From Hydrolagus colliei (Eukaryota): 64,000 bases of DNA. A program made the position numbers and the translations under genes. The stretch is taken from contig CM068749.1 in NCBI GenBank assembly GCA_035084275.1, positions 17,608,001 to 17,672,000 of the forward strand, in the 5' to 3' direction. Positions within the stretch are counted from its first letter, which is position 1, and every line of letters starts with the position of its first letter. Below the pieces are notes generated by a model that ran no database searches, was not told where the DNA came from, and saw only the letters and a list, made by a program, of their open reading frames with translations. Shown piece by piece: positions 61,863 to 64,000 of this stretch.

Positions 61863-64000
61863 ACATTAATAAAATACCATATAACATTGAATGTGCTAAC
61901 TGTTACTGAAGGTTTGCCTTATTTTGACCATTACTGGGATGTAATTTGAGATATTTACACAATAAAGTTTTTTTTCACACGTTGGCAGGTTTCGGAAATC
62001 ACAATAGGTCCTTTACAAATATTGCATGTTATGTCCAGATTATGTTTGACTTCCTGAAAACTGTCCTCAAGGTTTTGACACCATGGTGCAGATCACACAG
62101 AGAGATGGCAGGTGCAGAAGGCCTGTGTTAGGTTGTGTAGCTTTCTGTAGCATGATGGTTTTGGTACCAGGGGTGATTCTACGTCCCTGAATATGTCTCT
62201 CATTGCTGGTAGCATGAGCTTTTCGATGATTTGTAAGGGGTATGCATTCTCCACACTCCCACATTTGCCTATTTTGTATGTATGTACTTCTTTACAGTGA
62301 ATATATTCCTGTCCCCTTAGCTGCTCCCCTATTAGGTATGTAACTGCAGGCAGGCCAGGAATACAAAAAAAAACACTACATGTCTTTCATTGACTCTTTT
62401 AGATCCACATCAGGGCTAGGGCATCTCGCATATTGTAGTCTCAAATTATAATACATTTTTGGTATTTCCATTTAGGAAGATATATATTAGTCTCTGTTTG
62501 TACAAATGTGTTAGACTTCATTTCCTGTGTTTTCGTGAACAAGGGCACAAGTTAATGTGGCTGTGTCTATATGCTAATTCCCATTGTTGCAGTGGTCTGC
62601 AACACAAGCTATTCAAATATTAAGCAATCGAGTGCGTATTGCAATCTCTCTGTTTCAATCTCTAGACAATTTGTCCAGAAAAGAAAAGCTTTTTTACAAA
62701 GCGAAAAGTATCATCATTGAATTAGAGATATCCTTTCCAAAAAATGTTCCTTACAGAGCAAAGTCAGACCTTGACAAACATCCGTAAACTTTGAATGGGA
62801 TCAATCTCTTTGGGTTGATAAGTCATTGTTGTGATATCTACAATAACAGAAGAAAATGGCATGGTGGAGAACATGCATCATTTATCCACCTTGGATATGG
62901 CTGGCAGATCCGCTCCGTAATGGCACAATTATAGCTCCTTAGCGCCAGTGTAAATGTCACATGAGCGGAAGCTCACCTCACCACCAGTGTGTCTATGCTA
63001 GTTCCCCACTGGAACTATCTACTCAAACATCTCTTAACATTGGGAGGTAAGATGGAAAGATAGAATCAATGCCAGGCAATATATTAGTAGCAATTGACTT
63101 GCACTATCACCACATCTCAACTAGAACAACAATGGCAGCAATAACCCTGATTTTCCAGAGTTAATTATTCACGCTGTGTTCATGTGCTTACATGACAAAG
63201 TAATTCCATATGTACACCCTGGAAGTGTGCCTAATGATGCAGTAAAAGTAGTCCACAAACAGTAGGAAGGAGAGAATTGAAGCAGCAGCCAGAGCAGCAA
63301 ATCAGTAAAGTGGAATGGCATGTAGAATTACTCACTTTATCCAAGTCCATTTTATTAATGAGTCAAATAAACGAGCATTCAGCCTGAGGAGGGGTCGAAT
63401 TAAATTACTGGACTTGAAAGTCCTACCTTGCTGCAAAAATATGTTTGCTATGCAAGATTTTTAGACAAGAGGTTTGCAAACCAAAATAACTAGTCTAATC
63501 CATTTGTATGGAGAGCTGATGAAAGCAGCTCAGTTACAAGTGAATATCAGATGTCCCAATTTGCTTTGCATTACAGTTCCTAATTTTCAACTTTGTCTGA
63601 TTCCCTTAAAATGTGTTGTTTAAAAACATTTGACCCCAACATATTATTTGCAGAATGCTGCATATTTGAAAAAAATATTTCTCTGCTAAATCTGTGTGAC
63701 AAAATAGATCATGGTCAAGCACATAGTCCTTCTACCTGTGTGAAACTTTTCAGGGAAACCTCTCCCATTGCATATTGTATGGTTCCCTGGATTGCGTTAA
63801 AGTACCAACAAATGAATGCAGTACTTCCATGAATGTTGAAGCTCTCACACCCTATCAGAACGTGTTGCACAATATGCAATTAATATCCTTCTTTGACTTC
63901 ACTGCAATTTTGAGTGGTTTGAAGTATGGGAATTTGTACCTCCTGATTTGTCAGAGGTTCATCAATTTCCATCCAGACTCCTATCAAAGATTCTTTGAGA

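Overview
This is AT-rich vertebrate non-coding DNA, either a large intron or an intergenic region. The repeat content points to a cartilaginous fish, probably a chimaera such as Callorhinchus milii; this is an inference from recalled repeat families, not a database result. I recognise no host protein-coding exon, rRNA, true tRNA or CRISPR array. The only convincing coding sequence is retrotransposon-derived: a young 5'-truncated CR1 LINE (43321-45456, minus) whose ORF2 carries one in-frame stop, plus many decayed CR1 and L2 fragments. There are also many tRNA-Ala-headed SINEs with an L2-type tail, older Deu-domain SINEs, and remnants of a still older SINE-like family. A 140-N gap lies at 55782-55921. 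Points worth a second look: (1) a SINE containing an inverted copy of its own 5' junction plus an extra CORE-like block; (2) two L2 copies that start at the same RT codon and jump to the 3' end; (3) several unexplained hairpins, including five in a row; (4) a PBX-HOX/MEIS/E-box cluster beside a candidate 6-nt microexon; (5) a possible solo LTR. I found no clear new multi-gene system. All coordinates and alignments were made by eye.
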